From: an uncultured Rhodothermaceae bacterium
GTDB taxonomy: Bacteria; Bacteroidota; Rhodothermia; Rhodothermales; Bin80
NCBI GenBank assembly: GCA_964639665.1
Contig: CAZXEU010000029.1
Coordinates: 1-54,275, forward strand
Length of the DNA: 54,275 nt
Direction: 5' to 3'
Shown here: one piece after another, positions 1 through 9,131 of the stretch
Position numbering within the stretch: the first letter of the stretch is position 1
Layout of the letters: each line of letters begins with the position of its first letter
The notes under the pieces: model-generated
Databases searched by the model: none
Seen by the model: only the letters and a program-made list of their open reading frames with translations
What the model was told of the DNA's origin: nothing
Made by a program: the position numbers and the translations under genes

Positions 1-140
1 CGCACTGTGGAAAGGGCCCGGAAAAAATTCCTTCGGCCTCGAGCTTCGAGGCTCCGCAGCTCGCTGCTCCGCCTCGAAGCTCGGCCTCTCTTAATCCAAT
101 TTTAATTGTCGTCGGCCTCAATCTATATTGACGTTGATCA
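1..140. mobile_element. Probable terminus of an IS21-family-like insertion sequence (element extends off the window's left edge)
   Basis: Read inward from 140: TGATCAACGTCAATATAGATTGAGGCCGACGACAATTAAAATTGG. It has a TG terminus and two imperfect direct repeats 22 bp apart (97-112, 119-134; 12/16 identical), with a GC-rich hairpin inside (40-83). No transposase is visible. Confidence 0.45.
40..83. repeat. Inverted repeat/hairpin: perfect 13-bp arms plus inner 5-bp stem
   Basis: CGAGCTTCGAGGC (40-52) and GCCTCGAAGCTCG (71-83) are exact reverse complements, enclosing TCC-GCAGC-TC-GCTGC-TCC. Confidence 0.85.
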
Positions 141-868
141 GTGGTGGACACGGCCGCTCGTTTGGTTGCGTGAGTCCGACAAGCTGGGTCAGTACGGGAG
201 TATCTTCGCAAGCTTCGTCCTTTTGCCGGCGTCGACGCTCTTGTTCGCTCGGCTGCAGGTTGCGGATTAGCGCTTGGAATTGCGGCTCAGACCCCGAGTT
301 GCGACCCAACATTGTCCGCTGCTAAGGAAACCTGACGGACTTGTTAGGTGACATGATTCCAGGCAGCGCTAACCAAGTCCGCTTGGCCTCTTTTTAGCGC
401 TGGACCGGGCGTTAGTCGATGCCGGTATTACCTGCTACGTCGGCTACTTGTCTTCGGGCGTCGCGTCGGCAAAGCGTGCCGGTGTGCTTTCGATTGCAGT
501 CGTGTGGGCTATGGCAGACGGGAGGGCGCTACGCAGATCTGTACCACACCAGTATTTCGACATGGTGGGCCAATTGCAAGACTACAGCGAATCGCTGCGG
601 CGCTTGAGCCGGGCTGTTACAGGCTCAGGGCCTGGTCCCGCTGCTGGATGGGCAAGGGTCCAACCGCTCGCCTTCCTGGACTGATCTGATATGTCGGTGG
701 TGGCATACCAAATGTTCGGGTAGAACGTCCACGTTCCGTAGTCAATCAAGAGATTGGCATGTCACCTACAGGCTCTTGGTATCAGGCGGAGAAAACGACA
801 GCTGCCAGGATATTCGGGCTGCATACAACAAATCGGCGGAGTCTTGGTGGCGGCATTCTCTGCCTGCG

Positions 869-898
869 GTGCCCGGCAAGAAATCTTGTCAAGGGCAC
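869..898 (-). terminator. Hairpin downstream of uxaC (possible terminator; no U-tract)
   Basis: GTGCCC-GGCAAGA-AA-TCTTGTC-AA-GGGCAC, 30 bp after the uxaC stop. Confidence 0.3.
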
Positions 899-928
899 TC
901 GGACCGGCGGGGAAGTTTGGACGCCAGC

Positions 929-2329
929 CTAGACACTAAACCCGAAGTATTCCAGCGCATTGTTAAAGCAGATGCCCTCCACGACTTGCCCCAGCCAGTC
1001 CATTTCTGAAGGCAAGCTGCCCCTTTCCACTTCCGCACCGATCATGCCGCAGAGTATGCGGCGAAAGTACTCGTGGCGCGGAAAGGAAAGGAAGCTCCGC
1101 GAATCCGTGAGCATGCCGACAAACCTGCTCAAGAGTCCCATGTTGGCCAGCGCCGTCAGCTGACGCCGCATTCCGTCCTCCTGATCCAGGAACCACCAGG
1201 CCGTCCCGAACTGGACCTTGCCGGGCTTGCTGCCGCGGCAAAAGTTGCCAGCCATCGTCGCCAGAACCTCGTTGTGCGCGGGGTTGACGCTGTAAAGGAT
1301 CGTGGGCGCGAGGCTGTCAGTCTGATCAAGCCGGTCCAGAAACCGGGCAAGATCCGTGGCAATGGCAAAGTCGCCTATGGAATCAAACCCTGAATCCCGC
1401 CCGACTTCGCGTGCACCCCATGTGTTCGTGTTTCGCAGGGCCCCGAGGTGGAATTGCTGCACCCATCCCCTGGCGTGATCCAGAAGTGCCAGTTCGTGCA
1501 GGATCCACGACTTGAAAACGGCCACGTCGTGCGCGGAAGGGATGCGTCCCTTTCGTACTGCAGAAAATATGTCCTCGATCTCGCGCTTGCTGTACGGCTC
1601 GGCGTAGAGCACCTCTTCTCCGTGATCCGAGACGCAGCAGCCACGCTCGTCAAAGTACGCGTGGCGGCGCTCCAGAGCGTCCATTAGCGCAGACGGACCG
1701 CTGATGTCCACGCCAGCCGCGTCGGCAAGCGTGTCGACGTAAGCGTTGTAAGACTCCGGATGCAGTATCGCGGACGCACGGTCAGCCCTGAATCCGGGCA
1801 GTACCCGGATGTCGAAGTCCCGGAGCTGGTCGTGCTCCCACAGCGTCTCGCACGGGTCATTGGTTGTACAAACGAGGCGAACGTCCATCTGTCGCAGGAT
1901 TCCACGCACCGAGAAATCATCCTCCCGCAATAGGTCATTGCAGCGGTCGAATACGCTTCGTGCTGAACCGGGCGCCAGGATTGTCTCGATTCCGAACGGC
2001 CGACGCAGCTCCATGTGGGTCCAGTGATACAGCGGATTGAGGACCGTATACGGCACGGTTTGGGCCCACTTCTCGAATTTCTCCCAGTCGGTGGCAGCTC
2101 CCGTGCAGTAGCGCTCCGGCACTCCGTTGATGCGCATGGCTCGCCACTTGTAATGATCTCCCTCCAGCCAGGCCGCCGTAATGGTATCGAACCGGCGGTC
2201 GCGCGCGATATCCTCCGCCGGCAGGTGGCAGTGATAGTCGATGATCGGCATCCGCGACGCGTGGTCGTGGTACAGCTGCCGGGCCGGGGCGCTCTCAAGC
2301 AGAAAATCATCGTGCAGAAATGCGGTCAT
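929..2329 (-). CDS. uxaC: Glucuronate/galacturonate isomerase (uronate isomerase)
   Basis: Motifs PIIDYHCHL, WLEGDHYKWRAMR, NPLYHWTHMEL, WWFLD and GMLTDSRSFLSFPRHEYFRR. ATG at 2329 (MTAFLHDDFLL) preferred over the TTG at 2353. Confidence 0.97.
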   Translation of the reverse strand: MTAFLHDDFLLESAPARQLYHDHASRMPIIDYHCHLPAEDIARDRRFDTITAAWLEGDHYKWRAMRINGVPERYCTGAATDWEKFEKWAQTVPYTVLNPLYHWTHMELRRPFGIETILAPGSARSVFDRCNDLLREDDFSVRGILRQMDVRLVCTTNDPCETLWEHDQLRDFDIRVLPGFRADRASAILHPESYNAYVDTLADAAGVDISGPSALMDALERRHAYFDERGCCVSDHGEEVLYAEPYSKREIEDIFSAVRKGRIPSAHDVAVFKSWILHELALLDHARGWVQQFHLGALRNTNTWGAREVGRDSGFDSIGDFAIATDLARFLDRLDQTDSLAPTILYSVNPAHNEVLATMAGNFCRGSKPGKVQFGTAWWFLDQEDGMRRQLTALANMGLLSRFVGMLTDSRSFLSFPRHEYFRRILCGMIGAEVERGSLPSEMDWLGQVVEGICFNNALEYFGFSV

Positions 2330-2369
2330 GGCGCCAGGATCATGGCCCGGCAAGATACGCCTGCCGGCC

Positions 2370-2399
2370 TTGACAATCGCCCGGCCCCTGCAGTACGTT
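2370..2399 (+). promoter_or_regulatory. Candidate sigma70-type promoter for the cupin-TRAP-uxaB operon
   Basis: TTGACA (2370-2375), 18-bp spacer, TACGTT (2394-2399), about 20 bp before ATG 2419, in the divergent intergenic region. Confidence 0.45.
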
Positions 2400-2418
2400 C
2401 ACGGCAAAAGATCTTGCC

Positions 2419-3360
2419 ATGGTACCGCCTCGCATTATTGGCCCGTTTGTATCCACGTCTCCCAAATCGGCAGCGGCTCGCGCGATCAAGGGTCGCGCGG
2501 TCGTACCGGGCGCTGACCAGCTGCGGGAGGTAGAGCTGTTCGATGCGCGCCCTGCGCTCAACCGGCGCGTGGAGATCATCACTGCAGAGAACTCCAGTTT
2601 CCGGTTCCTCCGCCAGGCCCGCATAGCCCTGGACGCCGGAGCCTCCGGCTACGCCCCGGTACCTGTACAGGTGGGCGGAGCAGAGGAGGCCCTCTTTTAC
2701 GTCAATCGCGGCAGCGCCACCATCGACACCGGCTCCGGCACGTACTCGCTCGGGATGGGAGACGTGCTATATGTCGGGCTTGGGGAGACGGTGACCATTG
2801 CATGCGACGGCGGATTGTGCGACGTAAGCGAATTTCGGGCGGTAGACTGCCACACCAGGTACCCGATTGCGCTGGTCAGGCACAGCGATATCGAAGGCAC
2901 GGAACTGGCCGCCGATGTAGGCACGAAGCGACCCATGTCGCGGCGCACGGTGTACAAGCTCGTCGACCAGAATATCGGAGCCTGCCGGCTGCTGTTTGGT
3001 GACACGTTCATGGCCAGCGTAGGGGGCGTGGGAAGCTACCCTCCGCATTTTCACGGGCCCGGTGGACCATCCGGGCTGGGACCCGATGCCAAGGAGGAGA
3101 TCTATCATTTCCGCTGTGCCAGCGTGATTCCGGGAGATGTCCCGTACGTCCTGCAGAATTGCGCCAGGCCAGGCGAACCGGTCAATACCTATGTGCACCT
3201 GTTTGACGAGCAGGCGATCAACGTCACACCCAATTTTCATGATACAATTGCCCCGGCCACCGTGGACTTCATGTTTGTATGGTGCCTGGGGGCCTACACG
3301 GAGAACGCGCGCGACTGGTCCAGAATCATAACGAGGCCGGGCTACGAGAATGAATGGTAA
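2419..3360 (+). CDS. IolB/KduI-family bicupin sugar-acid isomerase (5-deoxy-glucuronate isomerase-like)
   Basis: First cupin EEALFYVNRG...GDVLYVG; second cupin GSYPPHFH...EEIYHF...NFHD...FMFVW, resembling IolB SSYPPHKH...EExYY...GYH...YYLW. Overlaps the dctP start. Confidence 0.72.
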   Translation: MVPPRIIGPFVSTSPKSAAARAIKGRAVVPGADQLREVELFDARPALNRRVEIITAENSSFRFLRQARIALDAGASGYAPVPVQVGGAEEALFYVNRGSATIDTGSGTYSLGMGDVLYVGLGETVTIACDGGLCDVSEFRAVDCHTRYPIALVRHSDIEGTELAADVGTKRPMSRRTVYKLVDQNIGACRLLFGDTFMASVGGVGSYPPHFHGPGGPSGLGPDAKEEIYHFRCASVIPGDVPYVLQNCARPGEPVNTYVHLFDEQAINVTPNFHDTIAPATVDFMFVWCLGAYTENARDWSRIITRPGYENEW

Positions 3361-4324
3361 GCTTGGCATTGCCGCTGCGCTGATCCTGCTCGGTTGCAGC
3401 CGCGCGGAAGATGCCCGCGTCATAAGGCTCGGCCACGGCCTGGATACCAACCATCCCGTACATCAGGCCATGGTGTACCTGCAGCAGCGGGTCGAGGAGA
3501 AATCTGGCGGCTCCCTGCGCATCATGATTTATCCGAGCCAGCAGTTGGGAACGGAAAGGCAGCTGCTGGAACTGCTTCAGCTGGGCAGCCTCGGCATGAC
3601 CAAGGTAGCTTCCGCTGTGCTGGAGGGCTTTGCCCCCCAATACAAGGTGCTCAGCCTCCCCTACATCTTCCGCGACGAGGCCCACCGCTTTGCTGTTCTG
3701 GAAGGAGAGATCGGCCGGGAACTCCTTGTATCAAGCGAGGCCTATTGGCTCCGCGGCCTGACCTATTACGACGCCGGCACACGAAGCTTCTATACCAAGG
3801 AGCATCCGGTCGCCTCGCCGGATGACCTTGAGGGTCTCAAGATCCGGACGCTGGAGAGTACGACACAGGTACAGATGGTCAACGCCCTTGGTGGATCCGC
3901 AACGCCCATATCCTGGGGAGAGTTGTACACCGCCCTGCAGCAGGGAGTGGTGGACGGCGCCGAGAATAACCCCCCTTCCTTCTATACTTCCCGGCACTAC
4001 GAAGTTTGCAAGTTCTATTCCCTGGATGAACACAGCGGGATGCCGGACGTGCTGCTCATTAGCACCATTGTCTGGAATTCACTTTCGGATCAGGAACAAA
4101 GCTGGCTGACAGAAGCAGCGTGGGAATCTTCAGCCTACCAGAAGGAGCTATGGAAGGCTGCCACGGCCGAAGCCCTGGATGCCGTACGGGCGGCCGGCGT
4201 TGAGATCCTGTATCCGGACAAGGCGCCGTTTGCCGCACGCGTCGCCCCGATATACGAAAGCTACCGGGGCGATGCGGTCCTCTACCCTCTCATCGAGCGC
4301 ATCCAGAACCTGGGCACGCCCTAG
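3350..4324 (+). CDS. dctP: TRAP transporter substrate-binding protein (DctP), likely uronate-binding; possible lipoprotein
   Basis: LLGC lipobox, IYPSQQLGTERQ, DLEGLKIR, ELYTALQQGVVDGAENN. Confidence 0.95.
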   Translation: MNGKLGIAAALILLGCSRAEDARVIRLGHGLDTNHPVHQAMVYLQQRVEEKSGGSLRIMIYPSQQLGTERQLLELLQLGSLGMTKVASAVLEGFAPQYKVLSLPYIFRDEAHRFAVLEGEIGRELLVSSEAYWLRGLTYYDAGTRSFYTKEHPVASPDDLEGLKIRTLESTTQVQMVNALGGSATPISWGELYTALQQGVVDGAENNPPSFYTSRHYEVCKFYSLDEHSGMPDVLLISTIVWNSLSDQEQSWLTEAAWESSAYQKELWKAATAEALDAVRAAGVEILYPDKAPFAARVAPIYESYRGDAVLYPLIERIQNLGTP

Positions 4325-4333
4325 TCCACGCAC

Positions 4334-4792
4334 ATGATCAGACTTCGCGGCTATGTGGACCGGATTCTTTTCGGCACACTCGCCACCATCATGGCAGTGC
4401 TGGTTCTGGCTGTTCTTTGGCAGGTCTTCACCCGCTTTGTGCTGCGCGATCCGAGCTCCTACACAGAGGAGCTCGCCCGGTACCTGATGATATGGCTGGG
4501 ATTGTTGGGGGCCGGCTATGCGGCCGGTCAGCGCCTTCACCTGAGCATCGACCTCTTCCGGCGGAGTCGCAAAGTCGAGATTGCGATCGAGGCGTGCACG
4601 CTCTGTTTTGCCATCCTTGCCCTGATCATCGGCGGCAGCCGGCTGGTATGGACCATGCTTTACCTGGGCCAAACGTCTGCGGCTCTTCAGATTCCGCTCG
4701 GCTTCGTGTATGTGGCAGTACCCATAAGCGGCGTGCTCATTGCATTCTACGCTTGCGCACACATTCTGCAGGTGCTAGATGGAAGCGATTGA
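4334..4792 (+). CDS. dctQ: TRAP transporter small permease (DctQ)
   Basis: Four TMs, QVFTRFVL, TEELARYLMIW, HLSID. Confidence 0.93.
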   Translation: MIRLRGYVDRILFGTLATIMAVLVLAVLWQVFTRFVLRDPSSYTEELARYLMIWLGLLGAGYAAGQRLHLSIDLFRRSRKVEIAIEACTLCFAILALIIGGSRLVWTMLYLGQTSAALQIPLGFVYVAVPISGVLIAFYACAHILQVLDGSD

Positions 4793-6074
4793 CGCTGTCA
4801 TCCTCGCGCTTGCGTTTGCGACGCTGCTGGTGCTCGGTGTGCCTATCGCCTACAGTATCGGTCTGGCGACGCTGGCTACCATGGTGCTCAGCATGCAGAC
4901 GATGCCGGCCCTCACCACCGAGGCACAGCGCATAGCTACAGGCCTGGACAGCTTCGCACTCCTTGCCATTCCGTTCTTCATCCTGGCCGGCCAGGTCATG
5001 AACAGGGGCGGCATGGCACGGCGACTAATTGACTTTGCCAAGTCCCTACTGGGGATGCTGCCTGGTGGCCTCGCCCATGTCAACATAATGGCTTCCATGC
5101 TATTCGGAGCCATTTCCGGGTCAGCCGTGGCAGCCGCCTCCGCAGTGGGCGGAGTCATGGCCCCGCAGATGGAAAAGGAAGGGTACGACCGCAACTACGC
5201 CGCAGCTGTCAACATCACGTCCGCAACCACGGGGCTGCTCATTCCGCCGAGCAACATCCTGATTGTCTATTCCCTTGCCAGCGGGGGCGTCTCCATAGCC
5301 GCACTGTTCCTGGCGGGGTACCTGCCCGGAATTCTGGTCGGCCTCTCCCTCATGGCCGTTGCTGCCTACCTGGCAAACCGAAGGGGCTACGGAAAGGCCA
5401 GGGCCACGTCACTGGCGACCACGCTGCGACGATTTGTGGACGCGCTTCCGAGCCTGACGCTGCTCATCGTGGTAATGGGCGGCATTGTTGCCGGCGTCTT
5501 TACCGCCACGGAAGCCGCGGCCGTAGCGGTCCTGTATGCCCTTGTGCTGGCCTTCATCTATCGCGAAATCACGTTACGCGACCTGCCCCGGATCTTTGTC
5601 GATGCCTCGTGCACGACCGCCGTCGTGCTGCTCTTGGTGGCTACCAGCGTGGGCATGTCCTGGATTATGGCCTATGTCAACATTCCGCAGACCGTGACCG
5701 CAACGCTGGTATCGCTGACGGACAATGGCATCGTAATACTGCTGATCATCAACGTGATCCTTCTTTGCGTCGGCGTCTTCATGGACATCACGCCGGCAGT
5801 GCTCATCTTTACCCCAATCTTTTTGCCCATTGCCGTAGAGCTCGGCATAGATCCCCTTCATTTTGGCATCATCATGGTGCTGAACCTGTGCATCGGGCTC
5901 TGTACGCCGCCAGTGGGAAGCGTGCTCTTTGTGGGCATCGGAGTGGCCAGGACTTCCATGTCCCAGGTTGTGCGGCCGCTCTTGCCACTGTTCTTGGCCA
6001 TGATTGTGGCGCTTCTCGTGGTTACGTATGTGCCGGCCCTGAGCGCATGGCTGCCAGCCTTGCTCCTGGATTGA
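4779..6074 (+). CDS. dctM: TRAP transporter large permease (DctM)
   Basis: SFALLAIPFFILAG, FGAISGSAVA, LIPPS, FTATEA, GLCTPPVG. Confidence 0.96.
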   Translation: MEAIDAVILALAFATLLVLGVPIAYSIGLATLATMVLSMQTMPALTTEAQRIATGLDSFALLAIPFFILAGQVMNRGGMARRLIDFAKSLLGMLPGGLAHVNIMASMLFGAISGSAVAAASAVGGVMAPQMEKEGYDRNYAAAVNITSATTGLLIPPSNILIVYSLASGGVSIAALFLAGYLPGILVGLSLMAVAAYLANRRGYGKARATSLATTLRRFVDALPSLTLLIVVMGGIVAGVFTATEAAAVAVLYALVLAFIYREITLRDLPRIFVDASCTTAVVLLLVATSVGMSWIMAYVNIPQTVTATLVSLTDNGIVILLIINVILLCVGVFMDITPAVLIFTPIFLPIAVELGIDPLHFGIIMVLNLCIGLCTPPVGSVLFVGIGVARTSMSQVVRPLLPLFLAMIVALLVVTYVPALSAWLPALLLD

Positions 6075-6093
6075 TTGGATAGAGGCCTGCCTC

Positions 6094-7560
6094 ATGGCGT
6101 TACCCATGCTTGGCCCGCACATTCACGCACCGGCCGCTGCGCTGCCGGAGCGGATCGTTCAATTCGGCACCGGCCGGTTCCTGAGAGCATTTGCGGACTG
6201 CTTCGTTCACGAGGCCAACCAGGACGGGCGCTACGATGGCCGCATTGTCGCCGTGCAGTCGACCGGACGTGCCCGAGCACGGCTCTTGCAGCGGCAGGCC
6301 GGTCTCTACACGCTCTGGGTTCGCGGGGGCGCGCCTTCAAAGCCGCGGGAATCGCACCGCGTGGTATCCTCGGTAAGCCGTGGCCTGTCGGCCGCCGAAG
6401 AGTGGCCGGACGTCCTGGAACTTGCTCGAAGCCCGGACCTCCAGGCCGTTTTTTCCAATACCACCGAAGTGGGTCTTTCACTTTCTGCCCATGACAGCGC
6501 CGAGGGGCGTCCTCCACAGTCATTCCCGGCAAAGCTGGCAGCGCTTCTGCTTGCCCGCGCCAGGCACTTCGACTGCGACCCGGATCGCGGACTCGTCATC
6601 CTGCCATGCGAACTCATTGAGGATAACGGGAACCTGCTGCGCCATCTGGTTCTCGAGACCGCCAGAAATTGGTGCGTGGAGCGTCCCCTTGAGGAGTGGC
6701 TGGACTCGGCCAACGTCTTCTGCAACACGCTGGTGGACCGCATCGTGCCCGGCCTGCCCTCGGGGGCCGAAATAGCGGCATTCGAAGACCGCATAGGTTA
6801 CCGGGATGAGCTGCTGACCGTGGCGGAGGAGTACCGTCTGTGGGCTATTGAAGCCGACCGTTCACCCGGGTTTGCAACCGGAGACTCGTCCATTGTCGTT
6901 TGTCCGGACATCACGCCCTACAGGCTTCGCAAGGTTCGGCTGCTAAACGGCGGCCATACGCTCAGCGTCCCTCTCGGTTTTCTGGCCGGAAATCGCACGG
7001 TTCTGGAAAATATGCAGCATCCGCTCACCGAGAGGTATATCGAAGCCTTGCTCCGAGAAGAGATTGGCCCTGTCCTCGCCGTGGATCCCGTCAGTGTTTC
7101 GCCCTACGTGGATGAAGTTCTGGACCGCTGGCGGAATCCGTTTCTGCGCCACGCACTGATCGATATCACGCTGCAGGGGACCACCAAAATGCGGCATCGC
7201 GTAGTCCCGTCGCTGAGAGAATTCTACGCCACGCACCACTGCGTGCCCCACCTGATGGCGGCAGGCTTCGCCTCCTATCTGCTGTTCAGCCGGGGCGAGG
7301 GCAGCAGCGAGGCCTTTTCAGGCTCCTGGCAGGACGCGCGCTATCCCATTAATGACGACCGCGCCGGTGTCCTGGCTGCTTACTGGCAGCGTGAAGATGC
7401 GGAGAGCGTCGCCCGCGCTGTCTGCTCGGACGCCGGCTTGTGGGGAACGGACCTTGGCAGCTTGCCAGGCTTCGCCGAAGCCGTTGCGGACTACCTGGCT
7501 CTGATGCTTGACCGGGGTATCGAAGCGGCTATTGAAAAGGCCCTGGGCGAAGCACTCTAG
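6094..7560 (+). CDS. uxaB: Tagaturonate reductase / altronate oxidoreductase
   Basis: LPERIVQFGTGRFLRAF, FSNTTEVG, SFPAKL, ILPCELIEDNG, NTLVDRIVPG, RKVRLLNGGHT. Confidence 0.92.
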   Translation: MALPMLGPHIHAPAAALPERIVQFGTGRFLRAFADCFVHEANQDGRYDGRIVAVQSTGRARARLLQRQAGLYTLWVRGGAPSKPRESHRVVSSVSRGLSAAEEWPDVLELARSPDLQAVFSNTTEVGLSLSAHDSAEGRPPQSFPAKLAALLLARARHFDCDPDRGLVILPCELIEDNGNLLRHLVLETARNWCVERPLEEWLDSANVFCNTLVDRIVPGLPSGAEIAAFEDRIGYRDELLTVAEEYRLWAIEADRSPGFATGDSSIVVCPDITPYRLRKVRLLNGGHTLSVPLGFLAGNRTVLENMQHPLTERYIEALLREEIGPVLAVDPVSVSPYVDEVLDRWRNPFLRHALIDITLQGTTKMRHRVVPSLREFYATHHCVPHLMAAGFASYLLFSRGEGSSEAFSGSWQDARYPINDDRAGVLAAYWQREDAESVARAVCSDAGLWGTDLGSLPGFAEAVADYLALMLDRGIEAAIEKALGEAL

Positions 7561-7632
7561 CTGAACGCGACTGCCCTGTTGAATCTTGTTGAAGAGGGCA
7601 CCTCGCCCCTGCCCCGTCGTTTGCCGACTGCG

Positions 7633-9126
7633 ATGTCCCGGACCTTTACGCTGCACAACACGCTAACCGGCAGGACGGAGCCTCTTGCGCTCCAGGAGGA
7701 AGGGCACCTGCGCTTTTACGGATGCGGGCCGACCGTCTACTCGTACGCGCATATCGGCAACTTCCGCTCGTTTCTGACGGCAGATCTCATCCTGCGCACT
7801 GCACAGGCCATAGGATGGAAGACGACATACGTCACCAACATTACGGATGTCGGACACCTGACAGCCGACGACTACATTGACCCTTCCGGCGAGGACCGCA
7901 TGGCGCGGGCCCTACGCTCCAAGGAGGGCGACCGATTCGCCAACGTCTGGGACCTGGCACGCTACTACGCGGAGACCCTGATCCAGGACTGGCGCACACT
8001 CAACTTGCGCGAGCCGGATGTGCGCCCGCGTGCCACGGAGCATGTTCAGGAACAGATCCGGGCCATTGAAGCGCTCGTGGCAAATGGAGCCGCCTACGAG
8101 ACGCGGCAGGGAGTGTATTTTGCCGTTCCGACCTTCCGGGAATACGGAAAACTCTCCGGCAACGATGCCGCGGCTTCGCTCGAGACTGCCGTCAGGGCCG
8201 TCGTGGTGGACCCTGAAAAGCGCGATCCGCGTGATTTTGCGCTATGGAAGAAAGACCCGGACCATCTTATGCAGTGGCACAGCCCGTGGGGTTGGGGATT
8301 TCCGGGCTGGCACATAGAATGCTCCGTCATGGCCCAGACCTACCTGGGCGAAACCATCGACCTCCATTCAGGCGGCGAGGACCTAATCTTTCCCCACCAC
8401 GAATGCGAGATCGCCCAGGCGGAAAGCCTGACCGGGCGGCCGTTCGCCACGCATTGGGTCCACTCCCGCTTTCTTCAGGTCGAGGGCCAGAAGATGTCCA
8501 AGAGACTGGGCAACTTTCATACCGTCCGCGATCTGGTGTCCCGCACGGCCGGTGGCACGGGCGCGGTGAATCCACTGGCGCTGAGGCTTGCGCTCATCTC
8601 GGGGCAGTACAGGAAGCCGTTCAACTTCACGTTTGCCACGCTGCGGGACTGCGCGCGCCACGTACAGCGGTTCTCCGAAGGATGGGCCCTGGTGAACCAG
8701 GCCGCGGCGGAAGGACCGGATCTCCTCGGCAACGCATTGGAGGAAGTTTTCGAGCGGGCACTGGCGGCAATGCTGGATGACCTGAACACGCCTGCGGCGA
8801 TTGCTGCGGCCCTCGACGGCCTGAAGCAGATCCTTGGTAGCGGGGCGTCCCTGAGCGCGGCGTCAGCACGCAGCGGCCGCACCTTTCTGGGTCGCATCAA
8901 CGGACTACTGGGCATTGTATACGATGAGGAAGCGGTCTCCTCCGTGGAATCGCCCGATCCTCTCGAAGAACAGATTGAACGCCTGCTGGCAGAGCGCGCC
9001 GATGCGCGCAAGAACAAGGACTTCAGCCGGGCCGATGCCATTCGGGACCGCATCGACGCACTCGGAATCGAAGTAATGGACGCGCCCAGCGGCACGACCT
9101 GGCGCCGCAAAGTGCACATTCCCTGA
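7633..9126 (+). CDS. cysS: Cysteine--tRNA ligase
   Basis: CGPTVY, HIGN, NITDVGH, DFALWK, GFPGWHIECS, DLIFPHHECE, KMSK. ATG 7633 preferred over TTG 7579. Confidence 0.97.
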   Translation: MSRTFTLHNTLTGRTEPLALQEEGHLRFYGCGPTVYSYAHIGNFRSFLTADLILRTAQAIGWKTTYVTNITDVGHLTADDYIDPSGEDRMARALRSKEGDRFANVWDLARYYAETLIQDWRTLNLREPDVRPRATEHVQEQIRAIEALVANGAAYETRQGVYFAVPTFREYGKLSGNDAAASLETAVRAVVVDPEKRDPRDFALWKKDPDHLMQWHSPWGWGFPGWHIECSVMAQTYLGETIDLHSGGEDLIFPHHECEIAQAESLTGRPFATHWVHSRFLQVEGQKMSKRLGNFHTVRDLVSRTAGGTGAVNPLALRLALISGQYRKPFNFTFATLRDCARHVQRFSEGWALVNQAAAEGPDLLGNALEEVFERALAAMLDDLNTPAAIAAALDGLKQILGSGASLSAASARSGRTFLGRINGLLGIVYDEEAVSSVESPDPLEEQIERLLAERADARKNKDFSRADAIRDRIDALGIEVMDAPSGTTWRRKVHIP

Positions 9127-9131
9127 CGCCC

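Noticed and set aside
2403-2418. Sigma-54 promoter
   Set aside because: The GG-to-GC spacing is 11 nt on both strands, not the required 10.
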